A stretch of 64,000 nucleotides of DNA from Callorhinchus milii. Lineage: Eukaryota. The notes below the pieces were generated by a model. The model saw only the letters and a program-made list of their open reading frames with translations, made no database searches and had not been told where the DNA came from. The position numbers and the translations under genes are program-made. The stretch is taken from contig NW_024704742.1 in assembly GCF_018977255.1 (NCBI RefSeq), positions 51,028,001 through 51,092,000 of the forward strand, read 5' to 3'. Within the stretch, counting starts at the first letter, position 1, and every line of letters starts with the position of its first letter. Below are positions 60,900-64,000 of the stretch, piece after piece.

Positions 60900-62932
60900 G
60901 AAGTACTCTTTCAGAGTAATTTGCTTTACCATGCATCTTATATGAAGGACGAGTGTTTGTATCAAATTTGGTGCGAAAAAAGTGAAAGAAAACCTGTTCC
61001 ATTTTCGCAACATTAAGATTGTTCATCTTGATGGGCATAAAATAACACACCAAAATATATAAACTGAGAAAACCTCAGTGATTAAGCATATCCTTTAAAT
61101 ATTTAAAAACATCCAGAACTGCCAACAAAATAATTTATCATTGTTGAAGAATGATTACAGTGATTTGTTAATTTGCTATGACTGGTTACAGAGCTTTAAA
61201 TTATATTAACTACTGTTTGCAGTCTGATAGCGTGCACAGTGCCTTAAACTCATACAATTCATCACAATTATTTCTGGTCTACAGTTCACTTTCTCAAAAG
61301 GCAAATGCTAATAATTCAACAGTACATTCTATGCTCTATGGTACAGAGCCCAATAAAAATCACAGTGGATAGGATAGATGCATATAATAAGCAGGGTCAT
61401 TCCCAGCAAACAGAGGCAGGTACATCACCAATGGGTGGTTTTACATTCATTTCTTTCCCCACAGAAAGCAACCTGCTGTGAACAAAGTTCACAAAGTATT
61501 CTAAATCTGAAGGGTATCAATATATTAGTCCTTTTGAGTGTAACACATATTATGTGTTCAGTCTTTGACTTTCTTTCCCAATAATGAATGGTCCTGAAGT
61601 TGAACTTCTGTGGAAGAATACATGTGGAGCAGACAAAATAGCATCTGTTCTCAGAGTTGTTGTGAATTCATAGACTGCATAGACAGCAGATAAAGACTCA
61701 TTACCAGTACATTTTTGTGTTTTTTTTGCATTACTTTTATACACCTATTCTCATATAACAGTGCATTGCACAAATGTACAAGAAAAAACAATACTGATTT
61801 TACACTATACAGGTCTAAAATATTTACAGAGTAAAATAAGTTATTTTTCTGACTTCTAATGAAAGCTGCTGGGACACAGCAGTTTATCCTTTTGCAACTC
61901 AGTTTTAAGTCCCTACAGGCATGTATTTTTGGTTAGATACCACTGGTATTTATAACATAACTACTGATCAGAGAAAAGCAAATGATCTCTGAACAGTAAA
62001 CAAAAAAACAGATGCGTGATTAGTTTTACAGTTAAACTCAGTTTAAATTATACCTGTCAAATATCCTAAATCTGCATAAGATATACTACAGCATACCATG
62101 GATCACATTAGTTCTAATAAAAAATAAATTTATTCTGAAAAAAAATCAGGCATGCTTTCAGAGACTTTATAAATCATAAACATTTTTAGAATAACTGCAA
62201 GCCTGCAATTTTGTATACATCAAATTTTCAATCCTTACATATAATCTTTACCACATGGAAAGTGACCATAGTTGGTATACTTGTCCATGTAGGAGATTTG
62301 CTGTTTAGTTTATGATTAGATATTTGTCCACACATTCTACGAAAGCAAAAAGTTCAAATATTTAATGGCTTTATTTACTCTTATATTATTTATATATTAT
62401 ATATAATATTTATAGATAGACCAGGAAGCCTTGCAGGTCAATCAGCCAAAAGCCATTTCCCAGATGATTTTAGCATCATTCCACCTGCTAATGTTATTAC
62501 TGTACATCAATACAAGGAAGTCTTCCAGCTAGCTTGTCTTCAGAAAATGAAGAATACATGTCCCCGTCCTTTCATGCTGTTTTCTTGCAGAATTAATTGC
62601 GTATGTGTAATAATTGCAATATAAGCATGACGATGGCTGTAGTCAATCTTGTACACCTGGCACGTGGAGCAACTTGCCTCAAACAGCTGTTGATTAGTTC
62701 TGTACAGCAACCACTCACTCCGGAATTTTAATACAATGCTGAAATAATAGGCTGTTTATGTTTAACATCTGGCTTCTTCTTCACGTGCCTCGGTGTATTC
62801 ATATAAATAGATGCAGTCTGCAGAATGCTTGAAAAGCAAATAGGAGCCAATATGACAGTCGGGGTTAATAGTGAACAGAACTCTGACTAACACTGAAATG
62901 GATGAATATTCTGGAGAGGCCATTGTTGTACT
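60900..62932 (-). other. FRYL: FRYL 3' UTR (end uncertain)
   Basis: AT-rich stretch after the stop with no recognisable repeats; minus-strand AATAAA at 62129-62134; Pumilio-type TGTAAATA near 61820. Confidence 0.5.
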
Positions 62933-63229
<297 letters not shown>

Positions 63230-63439
63230 TTATAATCATTTGAATGGCTAACCATACTCCATATATAGCAGTGAAACTCGTGTTTAAATTCAATGTTTAA
63301 TTACATTCCTCCCCCTCCCGCTCCCAACAGCAAGATTAATTGTGGGATTCTGCTCTTTTCCTTCCCATGTCAGTCACTGGGGTGATATTTTACCAATTGG
63401 AAAACATAGATTTACAAGGATATACCAGAGATAAGTGAG

Positions 63440-63830
63440 ATTGAACAGGTCGGTCCTTTCTCTCTAGACTGAAGTCAGTTGAGAGGGATGTGATAAGAGG
63501 TTATAATAAAGGTTATGAAAGGATTCAATAAAGTGAATGTTGATAGACTGTTTCCACTTGTTGATGAATCCAAAAAGCGGGGGCATAAATCTAAAATTGT
63601 GAGTAGTTGACCTAATAATGAATTTAGGAGGAATGGAGAGGATGGTGAAAATGTGGAACTCTTTTCCACGAGTCGTGGTTGAAAAAAAAATCAATGTATT
63701 GAAGAGAAAACTTGTTGCTTACATAAGGGATACAGGGATATGAGCCAGTGGAACAGGAAGAGTGGGGATTGTGTATAGACACTGACACTACACAGGCCGA
63801 ATGGATTGTTTCCATGTCATATCAATCTAT
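63440..63830 (+). mobile_element. CR1 3' fragment in the last FRYL intron
   Basis: gagagggatgtgataagaggttat...caggccgaatgg tail. Confidence 0.65.
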
Positions 63831-64000
63831 ATTTGTTAGGTAAGGGTAACAAAGGATAATAATAATAATCCTTGCATTTGATATAGCGCTTTTCACGTCT
63901 TCTAGACGTCTCAAAGAGCTTCACAGAATAGACTGTAAAGTGAATTGACCATATATTTGTGGGGATATGGGGCAAAGGCAGGCGACTGGAGTTAAGGAAC

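Overview
Vertebrate genomic DNA with introns and many repeats. The repeat content (tRNA-Ala-headed SINEs with L2-type tails, DeuSINE-like, L2 and CR1 LINEs) suggests a cartilaginous fish, possibly a chimaera; this is inference. The window holds the conserved block SLAIN2 (3' end, +), SLC10A4 (3 coding exons, ~415 aa, +), ZAR1 (4 exons, ~352 aa, +) and FRYL (last exon, -). Between SLAIN2 and SLC10A4, which I recall as neighbours in human, lie two tandem minus-strand genes for short peptidoglycan recognition proteins (PGRPs). Both keep the full Zn-amidase ligand set. They differ by the paired presence/absence of one likely disulfide and share near-identical non-coding blocks rich in immune transcription-factor motifs. 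I could not find the signal-peptide exon of the downstream copy (PGRP-A). The rest is LINE/SINE/MITE debris, several hairpins, local duplications and one unclassified repeat family. Exon boundaries were read from GT/AG sites and reading phase. Repeat boundaries are approximate and percent identities are estimates by eye.
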